A DNA stretch of 64,000 nt from Candidatus Obscuribacterales bacterium (GTDB lineage: Bacteria; Cyanobacteriota; Vampirovibrionia; Obscuribacterales; Obscuribacteraceae), in contig CBDDIJ010000003.1 of NCBI GenBank assembly GCA_965228855.1, positions 1,952,001-2,016,000 of the forward strand, read 5' to 3'. The position numbers were made by a program, and so were the translations under genes. Positions 47,239 to 58,637 of the stretch are shown piece by piece (positions within the stretch are counted from its first letter, which is position 1; each line of letters opens with the position of its first letter). The notes under the pieces are model-generated. The model had not been told where the DNA came from. It did no database searches and saw nothing but the letters and a program-made list of their open reading frames with translations.

Positions 47239-48438
47239 TCAGTTCATACCGTTTAAAGAAGTTTCTGCACCGAGCATTGTAGTAGCCTTGGTTCTCGAAG
47301 CCTCTTCCAGATGATTGGTCAACCAGACAGATACGGTTTGAATCGTCTCCGGCATGATGTGAGGGGTTTCAAGAAGCAAATGACCTTTGCCCGGAAACCA
47401 TCTGACGGTTTGGTCTCGAGACTTCAGTTGACCGATCAGTGAAACGACACCGTTTGCATTGAGCATTCGATCGTTATCGCCCTGGATGATGAGAACGGGC
47501 ATTTCAGCAGGGATCTTAGAGGCAAATTTGATATTGCCTCGAATCAGAAGAGAGGTCTTGAGCAGATCGGTCATCTTCAACTTCTTTCTAACAAGCGGGT
47601 CTTGAAGAGCGGTTTCAGCGACCAGAGGATCTTCGGAAGCGAATCGTTTTATATATGGACTGACGTTGACGGTCTTCGACGGACTCAGCATCATCGCAGT
47701 CAAATCCATGACCATGCGGGGCTCCATATAGTTGCGCCGCTTGATAGCCGGACTCGAAAGAACAATGCCGTCGATGCTCTGCGGCATATCGGAAGCCAAA
47801 TGCAGAGTCATGCCGGCACCGAGGCTCTCGCCAATCACGTATAGAGGCAATGACGAATACTGCGAGCGAACACCCTTCACGAGTTCCTTGAGGTCGCTGT
47901 AACTCTCCTCGTACGAAATCTTCCCGGATGAGGTCAGGTTAGAACTCTCGCCTTCGGAAGATAGAATCGCGTTCTTGCTCCCGTCAGTGACGACCGGAGT
48001 GACAGTTGCGTTGTCCAATTTGCCGTACTGGCTGTCCTTCAGCTCCGGACACCAGCGCCCATAACCGCGAAGATCCGGAGCGATAACAACGATTCCCCGC
48101 GAGGCCAGCTCTCTTGCCAACTTGTCATAAACACCGCCATGTAGGACTAAACCGTGCACAGCGATGGCTACGGCTTTAGGTTTTATGTCAGTATCCCGCC
48201 ACTCGCGAACACGAATTTCGCTCAGCCCCTCAATTTGAGGGTTATCGTTTCTCACGACCTCGGCGGACGCCGGACCGGCTAGAGTGCTAATCGTAAGTCC
48301 AACCACAGTGGCAATTGCCAGCTTGGTTTTAGATAAAAAGCGTTTTCTCGATAGATACATAAAGCCCTCTGCACTCGTTCTTGCGAAGAGTGCCGAAAAA
48401 TTTTTGCCCATACTCAGATTTATGAATCTTTCTTTCAT
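47239..48438 (-). CDS. Secreted alpha/beta hydrolase (lysophospholipase/monoacylglycerol lipase-like)
   Basis: VHG, DLRGYG, GESLG nucleophile, QGD-D, GH-LL-E; signal peptide ASA-E, so the true start is probably the later MYLSRK. Confidence 0.88.
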   Translation of the reverse strand: MKERFINLSMGKNFSALFARTSAEGFMYLSRKRFLSKTKLAIATVVGLTISTLAGPASAEVVRNDNPQIEGLSEIRVREWRDTDIKPKAVAIAVHGLVLHGGVYDKLARELASRGIVVIAPDLRGYGRWCPELKDSQYGKLDNATVTPVVTDGSKNAILSSEGESSNLTSSGKISYEESYSDLKELVKGVRSQYSSLPLYVIGESLGAGMTLHLASDMPQSIDGIVLSSPAIKRRNYMEPRMVMDLTAMMLSPSKTVNVSPYIKRFASEDPLVAETALQDPLVRKKLKMTDLLKTSLLIRGNIKFASKIPAEMPVLIIQGDNDRMLNANGVVSLIGQLKSRDQTVRWFPGKGHLLLETPHIMPETIQTVSVWLTNHLEEASRTKATTMLGAETSLNGMN

Positions 48439-48781
48439 TTACCAACATGGGAGGGCGTTTTAAACCACTGAGCGAAAAATTCTGGTGAAGGTCCAAAACC
48501 GAAAACGCTTGGAAGCCCCACAAAACGGGCGATGGTGACATAATTTCCGTCTCAAATCTTTCAGGTAAAAGTTTCCGTTTAATGACGCAGCCCAAGCGTT
48601 TTGAAAGATTTCACTATCCAGAACACGACCGACGCCCTACTTGAAACGGGTGACCATTCTGAGCGAATAAAAATGAACTTTGTCCGCATAATCAGCTGAC
48701 TTCGCTTCCCAGTTGTGTACACTGAGCACACGCGCGCCGCCATTGCTCGTCGGAAACTACTGGCGCATATCGATCAGACAG

Positions 48782-51700
48782 ATGCCTAAACGAACAGACA
48801 TAAAGAAGATTCTCGTTCTTGGAGCCGGTCCGATTACGATTGGACAAGCTTGCGAGTTTGACTACTCGGGGACACAAGCCTGCAAAGCCTTACGCGATGA
48901 GGGTTACGAGGTTGTTTTAATCAATTCCAACCCGGCAACCATAATGACCGACCCGGAAACGGCGGACAGGACGTATGTAGAGCCGGTCACGGCAGACGTC
49001 GCCCGAAAGGTTATAGAGAAGGAACGCCCGGACGCCCTCCTGCCGACAATGGGCGGTCAAACGGCTCTCAACGTCGCCTGCCAGTTGGCGGAGTCGGGAT
49101 TTCTGGACGAGATGAAAGTCGAGCTCATCGGAGCGAAACTCAAGGCAATCAAACTGGCCGAAGATCGCGATCTGTTTAAAGCCAAGATGCTCGAGATAGG
49201 ACTTGACGTACCGAACTCGGGAATCGCCCACAATCTGCAAGAAGCCCAGGAAATATCGCAAAGGGTCGGCTTCCCCGCAATCATCAGACCGGCATTCACT
49301 CTGGGTGGAACAGGCGGCGGTATCGCATACAACCACGAAGAGCTCGATGAGATAGCGACAAATGGTTTAAACGCTAGTCCGGTTCGCGAGATTCTGATCG
49401 AGGAGAGCGTCTTAGGCTGGAAAGAAATTGAACTCGAGGTTGTTCGCGACACAAAGGACAACGTCGTAATTATTTGTTCGATTGAAAACTTCGATCCAAT
49501 GGGCGTGCATACCGGTGACTCGATTACGGTCGCGCCGGTCCAAACTCTCACAGATAAGGAATATCAAAACCTTCGCGACGCCGCGATTAAAATCATTCGC
49601 GCAATCGGCGTGGAAACAGGCGGCTCCAACGTTCAATTCGGCATCGACCCGAAGACTGGACGAATCGTTGTCATTGAGATGAACCCGCGCGTTTCACGTT
49701 CTTCGGCGCTCGCCAGCAAAGCAACCGGCTATCCGATTGCGAAGATAGCAGCAAAGCTGGCAGTGGGACTTACCCTCGATGAGCTGTCAAACGATATCAC
49801 GCGTAACACACCGGCTTCATTCGAGCCGGTGCTCGATTACGTCGTTACCAAAATTCCGCGCTTCAATTTCGACAAATTCAGAGGCGCCGACACGACTCTC
49901 ACCACCATGATGCGCTCAGTTGGTGAAGTAATGGCGATCGGTCGCACCTTCCAGGAGTCGGTTCAAAAGGCGCTGCGCGGACTTGAATTAGGATTGACCG
50001 GTTTCTCGGCAGTGAAGGCACGCAAAGAAGCAGATTTCTGGGAATGGCGCAGCCGTCTATCAAGACCGAGTCCACACCGCATTACCGACATCTTCGGTGC
50101 GTTTGAAGCGGGAATCTCGGCAGAAGAAATCCACGAACTTACAGCTATCGATCCGTGGTTTATCGCGAATCTCAAGGAGATATTCGATTCAACGATCGAA
50201 CTGACAGAGAAGAAAGCAAAGCTTGAGGAAATCAGTATTGATGAGCTTCTCGAACTGAAACGCAAGGGTTTCAGCGACAGGCAACTTGCCGAGTTGTTCG
50301 AATGCGAGGAGAACGACGTCCGCGCTTATCGCGAAAAGAACGGAGTAACGCCGGTATACAAAATCGTCGACACCTGCGCAGCTGAGTTTCAAGCCTTCAC
50401 TCCTTATATGTACTCGACCTACGAGGAAGAAAACGAGGTGCCGGCGGCTGACAAACCGCGTGTCATGATTCTCGGCGGCGGTCCCAACCGAATCGGTCAG
50501 GGCATCGAGTTCGATTATTGTTGCGTACATGCATCTCTCGCGCTTCGCGAGCTCGGATACGAATCCGTGATGGTAAATTCCAACCCGGAAACCGTCTCGA
50601 CCGACTACGACGTTTCAGACCGCCTGTACTTCGAACCGCTTACGCTCGAAGACGTTCTCAACATTGCAAGAACAGAACAGCCGGAAGGCATCATCGTTCA
50701 ACTCGGCGGTCAAACGCCTTTAAAACTGGCGAGAGGACTGGAGTCCGCCGGGTTCAAGATTCTTGGAACCTCTGTCGATTCAATCGACATGGCGGAAGAC
50801 CGCGCGCGTTTCGGAGATTTGATTACGCGCATCGGTTTGAAACAACCGGCAGGCTGCATCGCCTTCACGGCCGAAGAAGCGATTGAAAAGGCAGAACAAG
50901 TAGGCTATCCGTTGCTGGTCAGACCAAGCTATGTGCTCGGCGGTCAAGCGATGCAGATCATCTACAACCGGGACGACCTCGAAAGCTGGCTCAAGCGAGG
51001 CTTCCACACCAGCAACAAAAGCTCCATTCTTCTCGACCAGTTCCTGGAAAACGCCGTCGAAATCGACGTCGATGCTATTTCAGATGGTCGAGCGACAATC
51101 ATCGCAGGCATCATGGAGCACGTGGAACAAGCCGGAATCCATTCCGGGGACAGCACTTGCGTGCTTCCAACTCAAACAATTCCGCTCAATTTGATTGAGG
51201 AGATTCGCAAAGCGACGATTCAGATAGCGAATGAACTGAGCGTGAAGGGGCTGATGAACATTCAGTTTGCTGTTCGCGATAACGAACTTTATGTGCTGGA
51301 AGTCAATCCGCGCGCGTCGAGAACGATCCCGTTCGTCTCGAAGGCAACCGGCGTTCCATGGGCGAAGATGGCAGCCGGTGTCATGGTCGGCAAGAGCCTG
51401 TCAGATCTGGGATTGTCGCCAAAACACATCCCGCCTCACGTTGCAGTGAAGTCTGTCGTGATTCCTTTTGAACGTTTTCCAGGCGCGCAAATCTCGCTAG
51501 GTCCAGAGATGCGCTCTACAGGCGAAGTTATGGGTATCGCGTCGCGCTTCGACCTCGCTTTCGCCAAGGCGCAAATCGCAAGCGGACAGACGTTACCGAC
51601 CAAGGGCAGCGTGTTTGTATCGGTTACGGATCAATACAAGCAAGAGATCGTTCCCATCGCTCAGAGCCTGTATCAATTAGGTTTTCAACTTATCGCAACA

Positions 51701-52051
51701 CGCGGAACCGCATCTACTCTCGACCGCGCCGGCATCCCCGTGAAACTGACCAACAAAGTTTCCGAGGGTCGTCCGAACCTGGTAGACCAGATTAAAAACG
51801 GCGAAATCCACCTGTGCATCAATATTCCATCAGGTCGCACCGCATACGGTGATGACCAGATCATCAGACGGACGGCAATCAACTATCACATTCCGGTTGT
51901 CACAACCCTGGCTGGCGCGCGTGCGACAGCATCGTCAATAGCAGCAATCCAATCAGGCGGTTTGTCGGTAAACAGCCTCCAGGATTATCACCAGAAAATT
52001 ACGCATGGAGAGTCGGCTTCCAGAGCGAGAACAACACCTTTCTCGAAATAG
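48782..52051 (+). CDS. carB: Carbamoyl-phosphate synthase large subunit
   Basis: [47 protein letters not shown] domain. Start at ATG 48782. Confidence 0.98.
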   Translation: MPKRTDIKKILVLGAGPITIGQACEFDYSGTQACKALRDEGYEVVLINSNPATIMTDPETADRTYVEPVTADVARKVIEKERPDALLPTMGGQTALNVACQLAESGFLDEMKVELIGAKLKAIKLAEDRDLFKAKMLEIGLDVPNSGIAHNLQEAQEISQRVGFPAIIRPAFTLGGTGGGIAYNHEELDEIATNGLNASPVREILIEESVLGWKEIELEVVRDTKDNVVIICSIENFDPMGVHTGDSITVAPVQTLTDKEYQNLRDAAIKIIRAIGVETGGSNVQFGIDPKTGRIVVIEMNPRVSRSSALASKATGYPIAKIAAKLAVGLTLDELSNDITRNTPASFEPVLDYVVTKIPRFNFDKFRGADTTLTTMMRSVGEVMAIGRTFQESVQKALRGLELGLTGFSAVKARKEADFWEWRSRLSRPSPHRITDIFGAFEAGISAEEIHELTAIDPWFIANLKEIFDSTIELTEKKAKLEEISIDELLELKRKGFSDRQLAELFECEENDVRAYREKNGVTPVYKIVDTCAAEFQAFTPYMYSTYEEENEVPAADKPRVMILGGGPNRIGQGIEFDYCCVHASLALRELGYESVMVNSNPETVSTDYDVSDRLYFEPLTLEDVLNIARTEQPEGIIVQLGGQTPLKLARGLESAGFKILGTSVDSIDMAEDRARFGDLITRIGLKQPAGCIAFTAEEAIEKAEQVGYPLLVRPSYVLGGQAMQIIYNRDDLESWLKRGFHTSNKSSILLDQFLENAVEIDVDAISDGRATIIAGIMEHVEQAGIHSGDSTCVLPTQTIPLNLIEEIRKATIQIANELSVKGLMNIQFAVRDNELYVLEVNPRASRTIPFVSKATGVPWAKMAAGVMVGKSLSDLGLSPKHIPPHVAVKSVVIPFERFPGAQISLGPEMRSTGEVMGIASRFDLAFAKAQIASGQTLPTKGSVFVSVTDQYKQEIVPIAQSLYQLGFQLIATRGTASTLDRAGIPVKLTNKVSEGRPNLVDQIKNGEIHLCINIPSGRTAYGDDQIIRRTAINYHIPVVTTLAGARATASSIAAIQSGGLSVNSLQDYHQKITHGESASRARTTPFSK

Positions 52052-52191
52052 TCCGATTGTCGAGTGGCGAGAAAGCCGACACTTGGCAGCACCATATTCT
52101 ATGAACTCTCTCACCTTGAGCCATGTTTCATGCTCAAGCGGATATAATGTCAAGCTTGAGCGCCACCAGGTCTTTTCAAGGAGAAGAAGCC

Positions 52192-52872
52192 GTGAGCACT
52201 GAGATCGCCCAGTACATCGACCACACACTTCTGGCACCGCAAGCGTCTTCGAAGGATGTGGTGAAACTCTGCCAGGAAGCTGCCGAAAATAATTTCTATG
52301 CGGTTTGTGTCAACCCGCACTACATCAAGCTGGCAGTAAAACAACTTTCCGGTACCAAAGTTCAGGTAGCAACGGTTATAGGTTTCCCACTCGGACAAAA
52401 CACAACGGAAATCAAAGTCCAGGAAACAAAGCTTGCCATCGCCGATGGTGCCACAGAAATTGACATGGTCATCAATGTCGGAGCTCTCAAAGACGGCGAT
52501 ATCAACTACGTCACCGAAGAGATTCGTTCCATCGTGAAAGCGGCAGGCGATGTACCGGTCAAAGTGATCGTCGAATGCGATTTGCTTACAGAAGATGAAA
52601 AGGCAGCGGTCTGTGAAGCATGCTTGAAGGCAGGCGCATTCATGATCAAAACATCGACCGGTTTCGTCAAAGACGGCAAGGGAGCGACAGTTGCAGACGT
52701 TCAACTATTCCGCAAAATAATCGGTTCCAACTCTATGGGCATCAAAGCAAGCGCTGGAATTCGCGACGCAGCTGCAGCAAAAGCGCTCGTCGATGCCGGT
52801 GCAAATCGCCTCGGAACATCCGCAGGCATCGCTATCGTGCAGGGCTTGAAAGCCGGCGCGTCGGCATATTAA
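52192..52872 (+). CDS. deoC: Deoxyribose-phosphate aldolase
   Basis: IDHTLL, VIGFPLG, EIDMVIN, KVI-E, IKTSTG, IKASAGIR, RLGTS; GTG 52192 with AAGGAG RBS. Confidence 0.96.
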   Translation: MSTEIAQYIDHTLLAPQASSKDVVKLCQEAAENNFYAVCVNPHYIKLAVKQLSGTKVQVATVIGFPLGQNTTEIKVQETKLAIADGATEIDMVINVGALKDGDINYVTEEIRSIVKAAGDVPVKVIVECDLLTEDEKAAVCEACLKAGAFMIKTSTGFVKDGKGATVADVQLFRKIIGSNSMGIKASAGIRDAAAAKALVDAGANRLGTSAGIAIVQGLKAGASAY

Positions 52873-52902
52873 GGGTTTATCAAGAAAAGAATTACGTACA
52901 TC

Positions 52903-54027
52903 ATGGGGGAAAGGACATTGAGTTCCAAACTAACAAACCTGGCATTATCGTTGGCACTGTCTATGGTGGCAGTCGGCACAGCTCAAGCTCAGGACAAATC
53001 ACAAGAATCGCCGGAGTTGCAGAAGGCATCGAGCTTGCACCTTCAAGGGAAACTTAAGGAAGCAGAAGTTCTGTATCGCGAAATTCTTCGCAAAGAACCG
53101 GACAATGCGGTAGTTCATACCAGACTGGGTGCATGCCTAGCGGCCCTGTCAATTGACAAGAACGGCAAAAACCAAAAGGACATGGAGGAAACTGCGATCC
53201 TCGAAGAGCGTCAAGCAATCAAGCTTAACCCGAAAGACCACATGCCCCACATCCAGCTCGGAAAAATCTATGCAAACAGCGGCAAGTTAGAAGAGGCCAT
53301 CAAGGAGTTCAACCAAGCGATCGCGTTGAAACCAGACAGCTACATGGCGCATATCGACCTTGGAACCTACTACATGCACTTGGACAAGGCTGAAGACGCT
53401 ATTCGCGTTTATAAGAAAGCAAACGAACTCAAACCGGAAAAACCAACACCCTATATCAACCTCGGTGTAGCGTACCAAAGCATCGGCAGATTCGATGAAG
53501 CTGTTGCCATTATGAAAAAGGCTCTAGAACTAAAGCTCAACAAAAATGAGCAAAACCTGGCGAACTTCAACCTCGGCAATATCTACGCGGATAAGGGTGA
53601 AGCAGATAACGCAATCGCGTCTTACGAAGCGGCACTTAAGGCAGAACCGAGCAACTTGCTTGCAACTAGTGGCATCGGCTGGATGAAGGGCTCCCAGGGT
53701 CAGTACGATGAAGACATCGCTCTGCAGAAGAAGGTTTTGAAGCTTTGCAATGGTCAGCGAATAATCGAATCTGTTGCAAGAGCTCGAATGGCATCGGCCC
53801 TAGCAGCCAAAGGTGACACCAAAACAGCTGAAGTCGAATTCGAAAAGTGCGCAGCAATGAAGCCACCATTCCCGGTGGCACTCGTCGACTACGGACATTA
53901 CCTCGAAAAGAAGGGTCGAAAGAACGAAGCGAAGAGCCAATTCCAGAAAGCTCTGCAGGTACAGCCCTCGTTCAAGCCAGCTCAAGATGCTCTCGCTAAG
54001 CTAGAAGGCAACACACAAACCAAGTAG
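52903..54027 (+). CDS. Secreted TPR protein
   Basis: Signal peptide (AQA-QD) and about eight TPR repeats. Confidence 0.88.
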   Translation: MGERTLSSKLTNLALSLALSMVAVGTAQAQDKSQESPELQKASSLHLQGKLKEAEVLYREILRKEPDNAVVHTRLGACLAALSIDKNGKNQKDMEETAILEERQAIKLNPKDHMPHIQLGKIYANSGKLEEAIKEFNQAIALKPDSYMAHIDLGTYYMHLDKAEDAIRVYKKANELKPEKPTPYINLGVAYQSIGRFDEAVAIMKKALELKLNKNEQNLANFNLGNIYADKGEADNAIASYEAALKAEPSNLLATSGIGWMKGSQGQYDEDIALQKKVLKLCNGQRIIESVARARMASALAAKGDTKTAEVEFEKCAAMKPPFPVALVDYGHYLEKKGRKNEAKSQFQKALQVQPSFKPAQDALAKLEGNTQTK

Positions 54028-54057
54028 ACCCTGTGGTCTAGAAAGGCGTAACGCCGC

Positions 54058-55386
54058 TTGTCGGAGAAAACTAATCCAATACTAGGGCGATGGGATTCCG
54101 TCGCCATCAGTATCGGCATCGTCCTCGGTGTTGGCATTTTCCGAGTGCCGTCGGAGGTCGCGAACCACTTATCGTCGGGCATCTGGATAATCATCGCCTG
54201 GATGCTCGGCGGCGTCTTTTCGCTCGCTGGCGCGCTCTGTTATGCGGAATTGGTCTCGCTTTTTCCGAAAAGCGGAGGCGATTACATCTATCTGCGCGAA
54301 GCCTACGGGAAAGTCGCAGGCTTCCTCTTTGCCTGGTCTGAGTTGCTCATTACTAGAACGGGCTCGGTCGCGGCAATCGCCCTCATGTTCGGTGAATATG
54401 TCTGCGCGCTTTTAAACTGGAGCGCAGATCCTGTTTCTAAACGTGTGATCGCAGTCGGCATCATTGCGGTTTTAACCGCGGCAAACTTCTTCGGACTGCG
54501 ACAAAGCAGCCGTCTGCAGAACCTGTTGACCGTTTTGAAAGTCTCCTCTCTGATACTAATTGTGGTGGCGGGTGTAGCGGCGGCAAAACCACCTGTCACC
54601 AGTTTCGCATTGCAAGACCTGGCAGGAGCGAACATGCAGACTATCACAGCCGTTTGCCTGGCGCTGGTTCCCATCATGTGGTCGTACGGCGGCTGGCGAG
54701 ACAACGTTTTTCTTGCCGGCGAAACCCAGGACGCTGACCGCTCAGTTCCCTTCGCATTGCTGACTACATGCGCTCTGATAACGCTTATCTACACCGCCAT
54801 GAACGTCATGTATCTCTGGTTCATTCCGGTGGAAACTTTGAAAAATTCACAACTGGTCGCAGTCAGCCTATTGCAGATTGTCTTCGGAGAAGCAGGTGCC
54901 AAGCTTTTCGAAATCATGTTGATCGTCTACGCCCTTGGAGTCATCAACGGATTATTGCTCACCGGAAGTTTCCTTGCCAGAGCCATGTCTGAAGACAATC
55001 CCATATTCGGCTTCCTGCAAAAAACCGATAAAAGAACGGCAACGCCGCTCCGTGCGCTCGTATTCAACGGCTTCTGGGCATGCGTTCTAGTAATAGTCAC
55101 GGGTTCGTTCGAAGCGCTGCTCTATATAACGGGTTTATGGGTCTGGATTTTCTTCGCCATGGTATCAATAGCCATCATTGTATTTCGGGTTCGCAAAACA
55201 ACTTCGCCAAACAGATTCAACATGCCCGGCTATCCTGTGATACCAGTCGTGGTGGCAGTCATTTCCCTCGCCCTGGCATGGAGCACCGTCTCATACATGC
55301 CCAAAGAGTCCTTGTGGGGAACGTTCCTAATGCTCGGCGGCTTGCCGTTTTTCTTCTTTCAGAAGAAGCCCGGACAACATCAATAA
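54058..55386 (+). CDS. APC-family amino acid permease
   Basis: G-GIF, GALCYAEL---P-SGGDY-YL--AYG, WSYGGW, TP--AL, P-YP; many TM helices. Confidence 0.93.
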   Translation: MSEKTNPILGRWDSVAISIGIVLGVGIFRVPSEVANHLSSGIWIIIAWMLGGVFSLAGALCYAELVSLFPKSGGDYIYLREAYGKVAGFLFAWSELLITRTGSVAAIALMFGEYVCALLNWSADPVSKRVIAVGIIAVLTAANFFGLRQSSRLQNLLTVLKVSSLILIVVAGVAAAKPPVTSFALQDLAGANMQTITAVCLALVPIMWSYGGWRDNVFLAGETQDADRSVPFALLTTCALITLIYTAMNVMYLWFIPVETLKNSQLVAVSLLQIVFGEAGAKLFEIMLIVYALGVINGLLLTGSFLARAMSEDNPIFGFLQKTDKRTATPLRALVFNGFWACVLVIVTGSFEALLYITGLWVWIFFAMVSIAIIVFRVRKTTSPNRFNMPGYPVIPVVVAVISLALAWSTVSYMPKESLWGTFLMLGGLPFFFFQKKPGQHQ

Positions 55387-57356
55387 GACGCGCTGTTACT
55401 CTCGCTATCTCCCATCTGCGCCTTGAGCGCCTCAAGCGGATTGAGACGCCAGAGAACGGAAATATATTGCTTACGGACAGCACCCATAAGAGCGCTTCTG
55501 TCACCAATTGTGGTGCGGACGAGAGGTATCGCTTCCTTCAAAGAGTCGCGGGCTTCTTCATACTTGCCCTGGGCGATCAGAACTAACGCCAGACCATAAA
55601 GCGACTTGGCAGCATACGGAGTTTCCGTCTTGCCGTGACTGCGCCACCACTCCAGACCCAGCCTGTAGTATCGCTCACTGTCGGCAAACTTCTCCTGACG
55701 ACGATACATATCAGCAAGCTTGCTGCATGTGTCGGCGTAAGTCGGCGCATCGGTTTCCTTCGTGATATCAACAATTCCAAACAACTTCTCGAACGTAGCT
55801 ACGCCCTTCTCAAGCTCGTTCTGCTGCGAATAGATATCGCCGAGAACACGAAGTGGTTGAATCATTCCTCGCTGTTGCAGCGGATCGTTTTCCATCAAAG
55901 CAACGGCCTTATTGCAAGCCTCCACGGCTTCTTCATACTCATCTTGCATGAAGCATACGTAGCCCAAAATCCGCCAGGACTGCGCCGCGGGCCATGGACC
56001 TTTGACTTTCTCCGTGACTTTGATCAGCTGGCGAGTGCGCTCCTCGGCCTCCTTCCAGTGAGAAGAATTCGCGTACAGTTCAACCAGCGATGACAGAGCA
56101 TTGGCATACTCTTCGGACTCTTCACCTTGCTCCTCCTTCACGAGTTCCAGCGCGTCTTTCGCCGCTTCCTGCCTGGGACCGAAGCCCTCGACCTCGGTAG
56201 TCTTGTCCTTCTTCACCACTATCCACAAGGTTTCGTTTTTAAACGGAGGAAACTTTTGCTCGCTGGGGCTAAAACTTGTAGTCACCCAGAAGATTGGCAC
56301 ACCGATGAGAATAGCAGTGAGCACGCCGAACAGCATGAACTCCGAAGAAACCGGCATCAATCCTCGACGGCGGCGAGTTACCGATGTGCTTTTGCGAAAA
56401 GCGTTTGCGGTTGTCTCCCATTCCTCTTGCGGGCAAACTAACAGTAAATCGAGATCGTGCTTGAGCTCAGAAACACTCTGATAGCGGAAATCAGGCTCTT
56501 TCTCCAGACATTTGAACGTTATGGTTTGCAGCCGTGAGAGGAAGGTCGGATCAGCGTCTTCAATTTCTATCGGCTTCGGTGCTTCGTTCATGTGCTTGTA
56601 AGCGGTTTCAAGCACGTTCTTTCCGACGAACGGCGGTTTACCGGTTACAGCTTCGTACAAGACACATCCAAGCGCGTAGATGTCGGTTCTCGCATCGAGC
56701 CGTTTGCCTGTACATTGTTCAGGACTGAGATAAAGAGGACTACCAAAAACTTCTCTGGTGTGCGTGATGTACTGCGCAGACTTGCTGTATTCACTCTCCT
56801 CCGCAAGCAGCTTGGCGACACCGAAATCAATGACCTTCACGTCGTCGACAAACTTGGCATTGTCGACAATGACAATGTTGCTTGGTTTAATATCGCGGTG
56901 CTGAAAACCGGCTGCTTCTCCCTGCTCTAACGCCTGGCAGACTTGCTTGAAGATACTGACGGCTCGCTCAACCGATATGTGACCTGACTTGGAGAGCAAA
57001 TCTTCCAGACTCTCGAAGTTGAGCTCATCCATGACCAGGAAATAATTGCCGTCGGACGCGACAACGACATCCTTGTAGTTGGCCACGTTATTGCCTTTGA
57101 TGGCGAAAAGCCCGCGACACTTGGTCTCGAAACGTTTCACATTCTTGATATTCTGCATCAAGTGCGGATGAATGCGCTTCAGAACTCGGACTTCACGGTT
57201 CTGGGTCTTGTCGCGCGCACGATAAACCCCGGAAAGACTGCCCTCACCGAGGAAAGACTCAATCTCCCAACGCCCGTCGATAACCGAGCCGACGAGCGGG
57301 TCCGCCTCGCCAAACAAGGAGATATCGGGCTTTCCGTCTTTCACTCTGTCAGACAC
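55380..57356 (-). CDS. Membrane Hanks-type Ser/Thr kinase with C-terminal TPR domain
   Basis: LGEG--S-VY, HRDIKPSN, DFG-AK, GSPLYLSPEQ, DIYALG; one TM helix; long TPR repeats. Confidence 0.93.
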   Translation of the reverse strand: MSDRVKDGKPDISLFGEADPLVGSVIDGRWEIESFLGEGSLSGVYRARDKTQNREVRVLKRIHPHLMQNIKNVKRFETKCRGLFAIKGNNVANYKDVVVASDGNYFLVMDELNFESLEDLLSKSGHISVERAVSIFKQVCQALEQGEAAGFQHRDIKPSNIVIVDNAKFVDDVKVIDFGVAKLLAEESEYSKSAQYITHTREVFGSPLYLSPEQCTGKRLDARTDIYALGCVLYEAVTGKPPFVGKNVLETAYKHMNEAPKPIEIEDADPTFLSRLQTITFKCLEKEPDFRYQSVSELKHDLDLLLVCPQEEWETTANAFRKSTSVTRRRRGLMPVSSEFMLFGVLTAILIGVPIFWVTTSFSPSEQKFPPFKNETLWIVVKKDKTTEVEGFGPRQEAAKDALELVKEEQGEESEEYANALSSLVELYANSSHWKEAEERTRQLIKVTEKVKGPWPAAQSWRILGYVCFMQDEYEEAVEACNKAVALMENDPLQQRGMIQPLRVLGDIYSQQNELEKGVATFEKLFGIVDITKETDAPTYADTCSKLADMYRRQEKFADSERYYRLGLEWWRSHGKTETPYAAKSLYGLALVLIAQGKYEEARDSLKEAIPLVRTTIGDRSALMGAVRKQYISVLWRLNPLEALKAQMGDSESNSASY

Positions 57357-57455
57357 GTTTAAACCGCAACCGCTATTAGTGTTCTTATACCAAGACTATT
57401 AATATGCCACCGTAGAGGTGAAAAACTAACTCGCCACGATAAAGTCGGACACTGT

Positions 57456-58385
57456 TCAGGATTTGCAATCGGCATCGACCAGTTGTTTGGTCAAAAACAT
57501 ATCATTAACGGTAGGGCAGACGTAGGCTTTCAAATCATTCTTGCTTGCCGACACAATCAGTTTATCGCCCATGGGAAACGGATATTCGATATGCTGTCCA
57601 TCAACAAAAATCGCACCGGTTCTCATTTGAGAAACCACTTCCATCGCTTGATCTCGACGCAGGAAGCCGTGCAAAAGCTTGTCCGCTTCGCCGGGTCGCA
57701 CGCAGGGTTCGCGCACAATGTATTGAAACTCATTGTCGATGATCGGTTGAATTTCACCACCGGCTGAGCGCAACGAGCCGGTAGAGCCAGCCGGCGTGCC
57801 TATCCAGATTCCGGATGAACGCTGCTCTTCCTTCACGGCGTCAATCGACAACAGATATCGACTGGTCGCGGCCGGATGAGTGTGCGCGATCAAAATTTCG
57901 TTTAAAACCTTCTGTTTCAGCAGCGTTCCATTGAGATTCAGATCAAGGCGCAGGATTTTTTCCGGCTGTAATTCGTCCGAAATCACCTTATCCAGGAGTT
58001 CCGCAAAATTATCTCTAGAGCCGATGCAAAAATGTCCAAAACTCGATGACTTCGAAGAGTTGACGCCAAGCAAGGGAATGTCATCAACGAAGTGCGAAGC
58101 GTCCAGGAAAGTGCCGTCACCACCTACTGAAATCATCATGTCGATGTCGTCGACGGACGTGCTCATCTCAATTCGGGCAACCGATTGAAATTCGATGTTA
58201 CGCCTGGCGAGCTCGTCTTTCACCGTGTCGAGAGCGGCGATGTGCTCCTCATGAGCGAGTTTGACTTTGCGAACAGATTCGTGTCCTTCTTTGAGCAGCT
58301 GCAAAAAGCGCTCGTCTTTGAATTCTTCTGCCTGAATCTGGTAAATGCTCTTCTTATGAAGAACCAGCGCTTTCTTGAGCCGCAA
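57456..58385 (-). CDS. NAD(H) kinase
   Basis: GGDGT, LGVNS, LNE, SSG----TPAGST---SAGG, VDG; TTG 58385 with CAGGAG RBS. Confidence 0.92.
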   Translation of the reverse strand: MRLKKALVLHKKSIYQIQAEEFKDERFLQLLKEGHESVRKVKLAHEEHIAALDTVKDELARRNIEFQSVARIEMSTSVDDIDMMISVGGDGTFLDASHFVDDIPLLGVNSSKSSSFGHFCIGSRDNFAELLDKVISDELQPEKILRLDLNLNGTLLKQKVLNEILIAHTHPAATSRYLLSIDAVKEEQRSSGIWIGTPAGSTGSLRSAGGEIQPIIDNEFQYIVREPCVRPGEADKLLHGFLRRDQAMEVVSQMRTGAIFVDGQHIEYPFPMGDKLIVSASKNDLKAYVCPTVNDMFLTKQLVDADCKS

Positions 58386-58637
58386 GTTACCGTGCTCCTG
58401 AGAACAAGAAGGAATACAGAAGGGCAAGGTTAGCAGATTATCAGGGCTATTACCAGTTTCGTGAGAAACCAAAATGCGTCGAATGCACTGACAAAATTGC
58501 CGATGAAAGAAGTTCACATGCGGCGCCCGACGCGAGCCTGAAGCCCGTGTTTAGGTTATACTGAACGTTTCAAGGGATATCGACAGGCACTCCGCGTGGT
58601 CTTGGAAACAAGCCCGGAGTTGTTTCAGGAGGTCTTG

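Noticed and set aside
52116..52137. Palindrome TTGAGC-N10-GCTCAA upstream of deoC
   Set aside because: Single short occurrence; not CIRCE; no cognate regulator nearby.
55380..55386. Convergent 7-nt overlap of permease and kinase stops
   Set aside because: Common in compact genomes; no sign of special function.
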